A model generated the notes under the pieces. That model was given only the letters and a program-made list of their open reading frames with translations. It did no database searches and had not been told where the DNA came from. A stretch of DNA of 63,705 nucleotides, counting the filler, from Licmophora abbreviata (taxonomy: Eukaryota), in assembly GCA_900291995.1 (NCBI GenBank). It is 11 parts of 11 records of this genome, joined end to end, with 100 filler letters (N's around TTAATTAATTAA, not from the genome) between each part and the next. Parts side by side here need not be neighbours in the genome. Positions count along the whole stretch, not along the records: positions 1 to 12,952 come from OLMU01002358.1; 10 more parts are not named here. One strand, 5' to 3'. This document shows positions 1 to 11,367 of the stretch, piece after piece; position 1 is the first letter of the stretch; the number at the start of each line of letters is the position of its first letter. The position numbers and the translations under genes are program-made.

Positions 1-417
1 CCGCCTGGGCCACCGCACGGCGCCGCTCTTCCAGGCCAGCAGGGCTCACCTTATCCACCGTACCCACCGCACCAGTATGGTCCACCACCTCCCCACCTTC
101 CATACGCTCCTCACGATTATTATCCTCCTAGGCATCCGGTTGAGTCGCCTGGAGGGACAGGCCGTGGGCCGGCTCCGGCGGAGGTGTCTGTAGGGACACC
201 CAGGGAGGGGTCGAAGCGCAATGGGGAGTCTGAGTCTGAGTCTGGACATGGTGGCCGAGAATTCCCCCGGCAATACGGCGGTGCTCCACCACCGCCTCAA
301 CCACAATTTATGACTAAGTCTCCCCCTAGAGATCTGCCACAGAATCAAGTGTCGCCGCCTCAGGAAGAACAAAGGCGTCGTGGCGAACGCCGATCCAAGA
401 GGTCACGCGAAGCATAA
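1..417 (+). CDS. 3' end of a Pro/Gly/Tyr-rich low-complexity protein (5' part outside window)
   Basis: Frame 1 is open from base 1 (PPGPPHGAALPGQQGSPYPPYPPHQYGPPPP...) into ORF 184..417 and ends at TAA 417. AT-richer 3' sequence follows. Confidence 0.7.
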   Translation, partial: PPGPPHGAALPGQQGSPYPPYPPHQYGPPPPHLPYAPHDYYPPRHPVESPGGTGRGPAPAEVSVGTPREGSKRNGESESESGHGGREFPRQYGGAPPPPQPQFMTKSPPRDLPQNQVSPPQEEQRRRGERRSKRSREA

Positions 418-585
418 TGCAACGGCCACTGAAGTTTTGCATGTTTAGATGTTTTTATTCATTTGCCTGTCTAAGGGGACGATTGCGCCGCACGAGTGCC
501 AGTCGAAGAAGTAACCGATAAGGGAAAAAGTCATTGGATCTTATAAACATCTATATACGTAAATATCAGCTTAGGTCAGTTCACA

Positions 586-1662
586 CTACTGATAGAGCCG
601 AATGAGCTCATCGGAAACGGCACTGGGTGTCAAGACGCCCAAGTCCGTGAAGAGGAGCGTGATGAACGTGGCCGGCGTGTAGTCACATGATGGATTCTCA
701 ATCTGCACGCTGGGTGGTAACGAAACGACACCTGGAACTTTACTGTTCGTTTCTTCCTTTACGGAATCCTTCGTGTCTAATGAGCCCCCAGTTGCCTGCC
801 AACTGGCGGTATCAACGAAATGCAATTGTTGACGTCCTTCCATGGTGGGCAGATCATGTTGATGCAGTGGATATAGCCGAGCAAACTTGTAGCTCTCCGC
901 TGCTACATAGAAGGGCTTGCCACATTCCTTGGCACACATTGCAAGCGCGTACGTCCCCATTTTGTTGACTACACCTCCGTTCTCCACCACTCCTTCTGCT
1001 CCTACCAAGACAATATCGACTGACTCCATAATATAAGCCATGGCAGAATCCAAAACGACCTTTGTGGGTATTCCAGCCTTCGCGTAGACTTGGGCGGCTT
1101 TTACCCCAGCGGCATCGGGTCGTCCTTCGAGGCAGACGACATCAAAGTGCGTCGTTTCTGCTGCCTTTAAAAGCAAGGCGGCCACGACGCGACTCCATCC
1201 GTGCAACAGCACGACACTCCCATCTCTGACGAACGCATGTCCGAGGGTAGCTATCCGATCACGAGCTGCCAACGATATATCGGCAAATCGAGCTCCCCTC
1301 TCCAAGACTTGCTGTCGACAGCCTTCAAAATCAGGAATCTCCAAAAAGGTCCTCGTAATGTACTTTAAGAAGAGCTCACAGCCACTCGCCAAGGCAATGT
1401 GCGATCGCGACAAGTGCTTCCTTGCATACTCCAGCATGAGTTCGGCCGCTTGTTTCAGTTCATCCTGAAGTCCCATCATGGTTTCGGCACGACTGCGTTG
1501 AACGACACCCAGTAGCGCCTGAATACCAGCAACGGGCATGGCGATGGCAGACTTGTCATCCAGACCACCACGCGATGGTCCACTTAGAAAGCGTCGCAAG
1601 TCTTGCAGGACCATGGGAAGATCCTCCTGCTGAGACAATTCGGTGGACGATTCCGATGTCAT
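586..1662 (-). CDS. EIF2B1: Translation initiation factor eIF2B subunit alpha
   Basis: 358-aa intronless ORF with IF-2B motifs: ETMMGL, SGCELF, HGWSRVV, EGRPD, LVGAEGVVENGGVVNKMGT, KPFYVAAESYKFARLYPL, DYTP...LLFTDLGVLTPSAVSDELI. Confidence 0.95.
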   Translation of the reverse strand: MTSESSTELSQQEDLPMVLQDLRRFLSGPSRGGLDDKSAIAMPVAGIQALLGVVQRSRAETMMGLQDELKQAAELMLEYARKHLSRSHIALASGCELFLKYITRTFLEIPDFEGCRQQVLERGARFADISLAARDRIATLGHAFVRDGSVVLLHGWSRVVAALLLKAAETTHFDVVCLEGRPDAAGVKAAQVYAKAGIPTKVVLDSAMAYIMESVDIVLVGAEGVVENGGVVNKMGTYALAMCAKECGKPFYVAAESYKFARLYPLHQHDLPTMEGRQQLHFVDTASWQATGGSLDTKDSVKEETNSKVPGVVSLPPSVQIENPSCDYTPATFITLLFTDLGVLTPSAVSDELIRLYQ

Positions 1663-2120
1663 GGTTGGATTTCAGCGTTCAAACCAGTCACGAAAGCGAT
1701 AGTCTACTGGATCAGAGCTCTAGGGTAGATTTCAAGAAGCGATCAGTGATCATTGATTTACTGCAACAAACCGCCGGTGACTTGAAGAGCGTTCCGTCAT
1801 ACCGGCCAGTATATCGCCGTTGATGCCTCGTGCCGCGCGTTTGAAACTGGCGGTTGACACGGCGCAGACATATGTGTGTATGCATGCCTTGGAATCTGAA
1901 ACGGTCACCACCACGAACTAAGATAAAACACGATGCCACACAGACACAAGCACGAACATGAACGTACGACGGCGGGACGGAGGTACGAAACCGCGTGTCA
2001 TAATAGAATGACATGACACAGACTACGCCGCATGCCGAATGACGGGGATCCTGCCTTCGCTTCGCTGAACGCATAGACTATACTCGTTCCTCTCCTGCCG
2101 AGCACTGCAAAAGCGCAACT

Positions 2121-3087
2121 ATGGGTCAAAGGTTCTCACGCCGAGTCCTTGGTGGACTGGAGAAAGGTATGGAAAAACATCGACATGCGATGGAGAAGGA
2201 CGCTCTGCAGCAAATCAAGCAGCGGGAACAGGCAGGCATCCCCTTTGCCGACTCGACAGGATTTCAACGGGGCATGGGTAGACTGCAGCCAAGAAAAGAA
2301 ATTGAACAAGAAGCTTTTCTGGAAAAGCAGCAAAAGAGTGCCGATGTGGAAATGCCTAAAGTGAGTACGACGTGTACTGTGCCGAAGATTCTCGAAAAAG
2401 CATACTCACTATCGCCTTCCTGGTTGGTACTACCACGCAATCACACCTGGTTGGTCTTCATAGGACTTGATCCAGTTTCTCAACGATGTGGGACCCTTGG
2501 AGCGTGAGGTCGACAAAGAGCTTACCTCTCCTAGACTGCGAGACCAGACGGAGGACTCCTTACTGCAACCGCCTGCGGAAGACATTGCCACTCGGCGCCA
2601 TCGGAAAAGACGCACGATGCCCCTGGTCGAACTGACAAGTATGGATCAAGCTGAAGAGGGTATCGATGAAAGTATGATGACGACTCGGACAACCAATTTT
2701 TCGCGATCAAAACTTCTCAGCGAAGAGGAGGATGACCTAGGAGTGACGGATCAAGGCTTGTACAGGCTCATCTCGGCCAAGAACCAGAACGACAATTCCA
2801 TCGAGCAGTCGCTTCTAGAGAAGTGCAGGACCATGAGCGAGAAGGAGGACTTGTACTCGAGCATCATCATGCAGGCAAGTCAAGTCTTGCAGATCCCGAC
2901 CCTCATGAAGGACAGCGACAACAGCTTTGTGGGTGTGTGGCCTGATCGTGTCGAAGACCTGAAACGGCAGAAACTGACAGTGGTTCCCTCGTCGCGTGTG
3001 CAACTCAATATTTCAATGGTGGAGCCAGAAGAAGCAAACCAGGACAAAGTTTCTAGGGAGAAGGTTGACGCTGCTACTACGAGATAG
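2121..3087 (+). CDS. Hypothetical protein, 2 exons (intron 2361..2463)
   Basis: ORF 2121 (MGQRFSRR...) joins ORF 2467 through a GTGAGT...CATAG intron, giving ...EMPK|DLIQFLNDVGPLE. The N-terminal MG suggests possible myristoylation. Confidence 0.7.
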
Positions 3088-3162
3088 ACCACGATTGTAC
3101 TCGTCACCGACACCAAGCTTGATAGCTGTGTAAACTTATCCTTCTACTAGCTAGAGCATCAC

Positions 3163-6100
3163 TCAAACGACAACCTGTGTACCCAGCAGACTCATCAAGA
3201 GACCGGGATACTCATCCAAGAAGGGAATGAGGTTCGCCTTGGAGAATACCAACACCACACACCCGTCCTTTCCGGCCGTCAAAGTTGAAGTATGAACCGT
3301 GAGTTCAGCCTGGCTCTCTTCGAGAATCGTCATATCTGAAATAATGTCTGAATCTCCGAACCCGTACTTGGGAGTGTCGTTTGGATCGTCTGTCATGTCG
3401 GAATCCGTTTTGGAAGCCAGCAGCCCTGCCACCATTTTCGAAACGTCACCCAAAAAATGGCCGCGACTAAACACGAATCCAGATGTGAAGGCGCGACGAC
3501 TATACAAGCGCCCAAGAACTTTGTTGGCAAAACGAGCACGAGAGGACCGTCGTCTCATGAGGGACGCCCTTCTCTCCGTGTCCACGTTGGACGCAATATC
3601 CGGGTCATGGACGGGAAGCTGGCACGCCAGTTCCGTAATTTGTTCATGGTTGTCGTCGTCCGATTCACTGTCGGTGTAGTTGCCCGACTGTGAATGCTGC
3701 TGCAAGAAATCCGCTCGTTGCTGCAGACCGCGACTCAACCGAGTGAAATCGTTGTCAACCAAGGAAGCTGATAAGCCAGAAGATTTTGCCGCTGAGCTCT
3801 TAAACACGGAGTCGAGTTGTAACTGCTTGGCTTGACTAGTCTCGTCTTCAGCCGACAGCCCTTCCTCTGAATTCAGGTCCTTGCGCTGTTTGCCCGACTC
3901 GTTCTATATCACGGCAGGACGTAACGACAGATAGCAGGTGAGCAGATATAGAGTATAAATTGGCACAGGCACTCTGCGATGAACCTTACCAGCTCCCTAA
4001 CAGCAGTCATTGCATCCTCACGCATCGATTCTCCGACAGAGAAGGTGCCTCGTCTATCCCTTGCAAAATCCGAGATCACGAAAGCTCGCTGCTTCAACAA
4101 CGATGGAGCGCATTGTGTTAGCTGGACAGAACACATCAGTGACAAATCACAAAAATCCAGTTGACTCACCGACCCGGGAGGCACCCCAGCTGACCCTGCG
4201 TTCCGGCGTTTTGGCAAGAACGATGCAGTTCCGGATACGACAACGAAGGCCCTGTCAACAAGCGCCCCAGATCGCCACATCCTCTCTCCAGGTTGATAAC
4301 TGATGGGTCCCTCCGCAAGACTCTCCAGGTGCCGCTTCTGGACCGCCGTAAGCTTACGAAGCGCCGAATTGCAGTCAAGCAGTTCCAGAACATTCATATT
4401 TCTCTGGGCCTCATTGAGAAGAAGTTCAGTCGCAGTAGACTTTTCCGCCTCGACTTCTGGCGTTTCAGCAGCGACACGTTCCTGCATCGCTCTACGGTTC
4501 AGGTATTTTTGATACAGTGGAGAGCCACTGTTCAGGATAGCATCAAGACTCGGGAACTCGATCGTAATCACCTACAAGAACAACAAAGAAAAGTGTTCAG
4601 TTCATACAGCATCAGCAAACTCTAGTGCTCGTTTGTCGTCCCCTCATACCTTGACCCCCTCTGACGACATCGCAACAATGTCATGAGATTCGCTCAGATC
4701 ACTTGCACCGCTGAGGTGGCGGTCTGGCTGCAACGCGATCGGCCCTGTCCAGTCGCCCGCATACCACACGGATGCATTGGTTCCGCTGCTCTCTTCCCGA
4801 ACGGGAAGAAGCTGAGTAGAATGTCTGCGATGCCCCGGTCTGGACAAGTCACGGTGGCGCTCTACACAAGTTCCCTCCCAAATAACACAGAGTACAGAAT
4901 TCCGTCTGCCACGAGGCACGACCACATCGTCCTGACAGAACGCATCCACTCTCGCGGACTCGAGAACTTCCATCGTGGAGGCATAAGATAGGCTGATACG
5001 AAAAAGATTATGCGAGCTTGTTAAGCAACAAAGGTACAGAGCAATTGACCTGAGACGTCATGCTACGACTCACCTTGATAGAAAAGGAACAGCACTCAGG
5101 AGATTCAGAATGAACCAAGCATCGGTGCTAGAAGCCGGTCGTAAGGAAACAAGGGGAGGCAGCTGCTGAGCCTCGCCTGAATTCATCTTTCTCGTTGCCC
5201 TTGAGACGTTGGGACTAGGATTCAAAGCAAGGTTTGCAAAGGAGGTGGCCATAAGACGGGGGTCTGCAGGGAGATCGTCGACTTCCGAATCATCCGTTAT
5301 TGATCCGTACTCGTCTCGACTCGAACCCCATGAAGAGGAAAACGTTCCATCGTCATCTAATGAAATTGAGACTGATTCGTCAGAATGCCTTTTCATCTGT
5401 TTGAATGCTCTACTTCTCGACTCAGCCGCAGATGATAGGGTCTTCTCCAGCTCGTCAAGCCTTATGGTTCCTGCGGTGCCCGTGGGAGCTACTCGAAGCT
5501 CACAATCTGGAGGTAAAGTTGACGTATGCACAACGTAAAGACGTTTCCTCACGCGCAGGGGCAATTTCATGAGAACATCCAAAGGTGTATGGATTGGAGG
5601 GGCTCCTGCCTCATGAAGAAGAAGATCTGTTTCCTGGAGCGGCAGATTTCGCAGATCATCAGCTCTGGCTTTCGTCAGCACACCCTGGAAAGTAGAAATA
5701 TTTGCAACACGAGCGAGGATGAGAGGACCGTCAGACATGACCTGCATATCGTTACTCCAGAGAACCGGTCCTGCGCACGAACCTGGTCCTCCAGTTTGTC
5801 GATTGCAGGCGGGCTGTTAAAGTGATCGCCTGTGAAGACCATTGAACGCCCCCGCCAGGCAACACGAAAGCCGATACAAGGAATTGTATGAAGCGAGTAA
5901 GTGAAATGGAAAGTTGCGCCCTGGAACCGCAGCGGTTGTCCAATGATCGCTGGTCTATGACGGTGGCTGTGTCGAAGAAGGGCAGGGCTCAAAGCCGAAA
6001 GCGCTGCATACTTTCGAATGAAACTCTTGTAAATAGTCGGCGTTGTTATCACAGCAACCTGCGAGCCCGTAAGAACCTTTTGGAATGCTCCTGCATCATG

Positions 6101-7898
6101 GTCTGCGTGGCAGTGGGTAAGAATTATTCCCACAATCGTCCGCGGGCGTATCCCTTCTCTTTCCAAGGTAGCCGAAGAGTAAGGAGGCGGGTCAATCATA
6201 ACACCTCGCCCATTGATCCACAAGACGTATCCTGAGACAGATCCACTTTTGTCGAAACCATGCGAGTTTCCGAGAACAGTGACTCCGAAGGAAGGAGGGT
6301 GGAATGTAGGAGGCGCCAAAGGCTTCTCGATAGATTCCAATACTTCAGATCCAACAGACTCCTCGCCGCTACCACCACGGTCATCGCCGTGAACCTTCGA
6401 GAATTCTTTTGTATCATCAATGATTGAGACACCTCCGAATCCATCCACTGCCATTGTCTCTGCAACCTTCACATGGCCAGCAAACCGGGCTTTCCCAACG
6501 ATTTGGTTGTTCTCGTCTACATCATGTATAATGTACTCTGTCCCACCTGGCATTTTGAAGATTTCCACACGCTTAACTCTCCGTGCTTCAATATCCTCAT
6601 CGGTGGCCTTTGGAGGGTACACGGTGGCAACGTCACCTATACATTCAGGAACAGCAAGACATCAATAAGCGATCTCGTCGCAACCACGTGTGTTCACGTT
6701 CAAGCATTCACTTACCGTTCCATCGAGCCTGTGAGTACGTCCAATCTGCCTGCGCTTCCTTCTTCTCTATAGCTTCCAAGTTTTCGGGAAGTTCGACACC
6801 CTCACTGAGATCAAGATCGGCACCGTCTGTCTCAATACCAAATTCAGTAGATCCAGTGGGAGTCGACGCTGCCGTGACATTGCGAGACAAGGGCGGTGGT
6901 ACTCCCAAATTTTCGTGAACACTGCTCGTTCCTGGAGTCGCAAAATGGCAAAACCTCAACAGCGTCTCCAGAACAAGCTCTTTGCCATCCGGCATGATTC
7001 GAAAATGCTTCAATTCTTTTTGAAAGTTTGGTATTGCGTCTCGGGGAAAGTCAGCTGCGAAATCTTCTGGATCGTATGCAATTGGATTCTCTTCTCTCCG
7101 AAACTGGGCAGGTCCGAGCAGAGTTTCGCTAAAGACTCGACGGATGTTGCGTTCTGCGTCATCCGAGTCGACAATCAAGGTGCATTGCTTCTTATTTACA
7201 AAGAAGTTGAAGTAGGCAGGAAACTCGAATTCCGCAAGGTTAACGCCCAAAGCTGGTCCCATTTCCCTGCAGAATCGTTCCACTGGCACAATGTATACAG
7301 AAGGCACAGGGAGACCCAGTCGCATGCTGTCCTTGATAGTCTCAGGCGGAATACCAAACTGGATCATACCAACGGCCTGTGTCTCCATACTCAGGCCACC
7401 TCGTGGAAGTTTGATCTGTTCAATGACTGGAATCGCCTCGTATGACATGGCCACCGCCGGATCCTCACGGATAGCATCGGACACATTGGAACTGATCGAC
7501 GTTGAGCTGGAGCCCCTGGCATGATCAGCCCACCGTGCGTGCGGCGCTGTCCAAGCCTGTTTGTCCTTCTCTGCTGTTGACTCATCCGTCAACCGGGGGC
7601 CTGCCAATGATTGCTCTTCCGACCCCTTGCTCTGCGATAGATCCTTGTCTGCTGCTGCGGGCAGGCTTGCATTCTGCGGTGTAGCAACGCTGTTGGTAGG
7701 AGCCGGCTCCTTTTCGGGACTGGTGCACTGCCGCTGCATGGCTTCCGCGAGTTCCGACGAAGCCGACTCTCTCATAGTGTCCGCCGACCGGCTGTCAGCC
7801 GGACCATCCTCCGTCGGCTGCCGCCGCCGCGGAGGTGTCGTCGAGCCCCCACTCTTCATTTTCTTTCTGTTGAGGATGCCCTTGAGTCCCTTCTTCAT
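3163..7898 (-). CDS. Metallo-beta-lactamase-fold cyclic nucleotide phosphodiesterase with C-terminal cNMP-binding domains (Dictyostelium PdeD/PdeE, GbpA/GbpB-like); 7 exons
   Basis: GT-AG introns at about 6637-6715, 5685-5782, 4993-5073, 4572-4649, 4089-4169 and 3904-3989 join six ORFs in frame. Motifs: IQFGIPPETIKD, LGNSHGFD, MIDPP, THCHADHDAG (HxHxDH), HTIPCIGF, FTGDH, LHEAG..PIHT, VVHT. CAP-like segments: LSAVPFLS...VIWEG and YQPGERMWRSG...AFVVVSG. Confidence 0.85.
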
Positions 7899-8575
7899 GA
7901 TTTATGGAATGGTAGAATCGAAGCTGGAGTTCGGCCCAAGCACAGCTGTGGATATCTTTTGTTTCGTTCCAGCACAGCCGTAGGACTCAGTATCATTCCT
8001 ACGTAGCAGGAGAGGAAAGATCGCGCTGCTGTGCAGGATCGGTGTGTGGTCGACCGTGGACGCGACTCTGTCTTTCTTTTACGCTTTCCCGTGAGCCACT
8101 GTCACCCAGAAGCTCAATCCACACCAAAAGGAGCTACCAGGGGATTCAAACAAAGAAAATGAGAGGATCTTAGGTCCTTCTGTGGCTCGTTACCGGTACT
8201 GCTCGCACCGCTAAATATGATACGTATACGAAAGAGTGGAGTCGAGTCAAGCGTTGCGCTGCCTGATGTCATGAGTGGGTGAGCTTTCTCTATGTACTGT
8301 ACGTGTTTTGTACTATTGGTGTTTCCAAAACAATGCATAAATATATATACGTACTTTTGTATTGTTTATGGTACCACAATACGACTATCGTTAAGTAAGT
8401 ATGTTCTGGATTCTGTCTTTTCCTTAAGTATCTTGCCGCTACCTGGTGCTTACTAGAAGTACAGGCACTCAAGCAAAACTGATGAAAAAGAATGGTGCCA
8501 ACATCTCGCTTCTACCACAACAGAGAGAGAGAAAGAGGAGCTGCCATCGCTGCAGCAATAGAACACTTCTGTTCG

Positions 8576-9629
8576 CTACTTGATCAAAGTCTTCAACCCC
8601 AGCACAGTCATCAGTCCAGCGAATCCGTATCTCAATGTCTTCTCGTCCGTATGCATACCCACATACTTGCCGCCCAAATAGGCACCGACAAAGGACCCCA
8701 GCGCCAAGGCCGGGGCAACTCGTAAGCAGACATTCCCTTTGTTATAATGCGTCAACGTTCCGACCATGGCAGGAGGAGTCATGGCACATAGACTCGTTCC
8801 CAACGCCTCGTAGTGAGTCATGTCCGTTCCCAGTGTCAAAGCTGGAACTACAATGGCACCGCCGCCAACTCCAAACAGACTAAAAACGAGTAGGACGAGA
8901 ACGAAAAGATCTCTGTGAGCTTTCTCTTTTCCTTTCAACTCAATCCCTGTACAAGACGTACCCGGCCAAGAACCCAGAGCCCAGACCTATGCAACATGGT
9001 ATCATGAGACGCCGCCACCTCTCGCTCTGATCTCCGCTGCTACTGCTCGCACCTCCGTCCCCCTTGATCTCTTTCTCTGTCGCTCGCTCCGCAATTTCAT
9101 TCAAGTAGGCCTTGGCCGGAACTAATGGAGCCACGCACAGCATGAACACGCCCAATGCCTTCTTCAAGTTGGTCGCCGACAGGGTGGTAGTTGTGGCCGC
9201 TCCCAGACGCGCCGTGACCATACCACAAGCAGCGATTGCCGCAGCAGCCTCCAGCTGGACTACGGGCGCATAGCCCCAGGCTCCCGCCACTCCCGTGGCA
9301 GCAACTGCAAACAAGGACGTGCCGTGCGCTTGATGCTGCGTCAATTTGAGCAAAGACGATGTCATGAGTGGAATCATGACAAAACCACCGCCCATTCCTG
9401 CCAGGGAACCCAGTAAGCCGGCGAAGGAGCCAATCACGAAAGACTTGAGAGTAACCAACGTCGTAGAAGAAGGATGGGGCTGAGAAGCGACGTGTCGCTG
9501 CACTGGCAGGACAGAGCTGGAACGAGGCGAGAACATGGGATTTCGCTGACTTCGGGAAATCGGAGTGACTCTTCGACACATCACCTGCATTCCGCTGTGA
9601 ATACGGCATCGATATTTGTTGAGAAGCAT
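8576..9629 (-). CDS. TauE/SafE (TSUP) family transporter, 2 exons (intron 8880..8961)
   Basis: Two internal repeats: GSLAGMGGGFVMIP...HQAHGTSL and LAG|LFGVGGGAIVVP...EALGTSL. Multiple transmembrane segments and an Arg/Ser-rich N-terminal extension. Confidence 0.9.
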
Positions 9630-9942
9630 CTCTATGTCGAATCAACGAGTGGTGGCAGCATGGATCAATTCTTGAGCAACCTCAAGCTGTTCATTGATGA
9701 AGCATATCAATCACCGCATCAAGCGTTGGTCGGAATTCACCATTCACAAAAAATCCATCACCGGCGGGGGGCGGGTTGTGCTTGCAGTGTGCAATGGTCT
9801 TTCTTCACATCGATCATGACGTCATACGCAGTACAGAGAATATAAGGTCTGTCCTCCTGCTCCATCGCTTCTCTGCCATCCAAATTTCAAATTCGAAATC
9901 TCGCTCGTCTTTCTGCCCACAACCCACATTGACCGACCTTCG

Positions 9943-9970
9943 CAACCACAACCACAACCACAACCACAAT
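9943..9970. repeat. (CACAAC)n hexamer microsatellite in the divergent TauE/RPA49 intergenic region
   Basis: caaccacaaccacaaccacaaccacaat is directly visible. Confidence 0.8.
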
Positions 9971-10051
9971 ACGCAATTTGAAATTCATCATCCGACACTC
10001 AAAGTTGTGAATGAAATCGGGGTCCGACTGAGCCTCGTTCGCTTCCGTGTC

Positions 10052-11326
10052 ATGTCTAATGCCGACCGCAGAACAGTCAAGATTCAAGTCAAGGACTCGG
10101 ATCCGTCCGTAGATCCTATTGTAGTCTCATTTCCCAGCGGGCTTCCTTCGTCCCAGCAGAATCCGAAGTTTGTGTGGCGAAAACTCCGTCCCAAGGCCAA
10201 GCGGGGGCGAGAACTCATTGGCCAAGACGGAACTTGTCATTATCATGCCAAAAGTAATGGACGAGGTTACGATGGACGCCGGACTAAGATCTACGTGGGT
10301 CTCTACCACAAACCCTCCAACACGGTGACACTGCACCCCACAGCGGAACGAGGAACGGTGTTTTCCTTGCAACAGTCCGTTGCCAACTACGCTCCCAGCC
10401 TTGAATCTACCCCAGCGACAGCACAAGAGACACGCCAAGCGTTATTTGGAGACTTTGGCAGTGCCAAGAAACAAAAGGTGATGAAGTCGCAAGCGGCCAA
10501 TGTGGTCAATGCCGACTCGGTGATTGGATCGGGGGCCGCCATGAAGAAAGCGTTTCTTCGTAGTCAAACGAGCGAAAGCAACAGACAGGCTCTGGAACAG
10601 GCCAGAAGTGGAACTAAAGTGGACGCAGTTGAGCTGGCCTACGCCGAGGCTCGGCAGCACTTTCTACCTGCCTTTGATCCCGACGCGAAAGAAGGACACC
10701 TAGTGTATAGCGCGCGGGACATGGCGGGCGACGATGCCTGGGGACAAGCCAGTCGCGTCACGGATGCCTGTCTGCATGGGAACGAGGACGACTGGACGTC
10801 GGCATTGATTAGTCGAGGTGGGCCGTGGCACACGTCTGTGGTGACAGTGTTGCAGTCGATGCCATCGGAAGCCCCTGTCAAGTATCAAATCAAGTGTGCC
10901 ATCTTGTTGAACCACATGATTTCATTCCATCGGAAGCAGAGCGAAAAGAGGTTTCTCCGAGGCTCATCTGAAGAAGTCACACAATACCTCAAACTTCCCA
11001 CGGAGATATCCTCGCGCTTTCTCGATCTCTTTTCCACTGCCATGACCGATGATCGAGGACAAGAGGGCTTTGTTTGTTCCAAACAGCACAAGGACAAATG
11101 CCTAGTTCATATACTCTTGCTATATCTCATGGCGCACGGGCGTTCCATGAAGGCAGGAAATATTAAGCCAATCGCAGACGATACTCGTATCGAGCTCTCG
11201 CAAGCAAGCGCTATGTTGCGAACAGCCGGATGCACGGTCGAGTCGAAGGGAAAGAGCGGCGCAAGTGCCGTTCTCACAGTGCCACTTCAATTCCCTGCAC
11301 CCAGGCGTGGTCGTGGTCGTGCGTAA
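10052..11326 (+). CDS. RPA49: RNA polymerase I subunit RPA49/PAF53 (A49-like)
   Basis: Likely start MSNADRR at 10052. Motifs IYVGLYHK..NTVTL, RQALFGDFGSAKKQK, FLPAFDPDA...VY, KDKCLVHILLLYL and GCTV...AVLTVPLQFPAPRRGR match the RNA_pol_I_A49 family. Confidence 0.85.
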   Translation: MSNADRRTVKIQVKDSDPSVDPIVVSFPSGLPSSQQNPKFVWRKLRPKAKRGRELIGQDGTCHYHAKSNGRGYDGRRTKIYVGLYHKPSNTVTLHPTAERGTVFSLQQSVANYAPSLESTPATAQETRQALFGDFGSAKKQKVMKSQAANVVNADSVIGSGAAMKKAFLRSQTSESNRQALEQARSGTKVDAVELAYAEARQHFLPAFDPDAKEGHLVYSARDMAGDDAWGQASRVTDACLHGNEDDWTSALISRGGPWHTSVVTVLQSMPSEAPVKYQIKCAILLNHMISFHRKQSEKRFLRGSSEEVTQYLKLPTEISSRFLDLFSTAMTDDRGQEGFVCSKQHKDKCLVHILLLYLMAHGRSMKAGNIKPIADDTRIELSQASAMLRTAGCTVESKGKSGASAVLTVPLQFPAPRRGRGRA

Positions 11327-11367
11327 CAAGAAGTAAATCGTGAAATAGAATCAAACTGTGTCTATTT

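Noticed and set aside
9776..10051. N-terminal extension of RPA49 in the ORF track (including NHNHNHN)
   Set aside because: It starts at a non-ATG codon and runs through a microsatellite in the promoter/UTR. Family similarity begins after ATG 10052.
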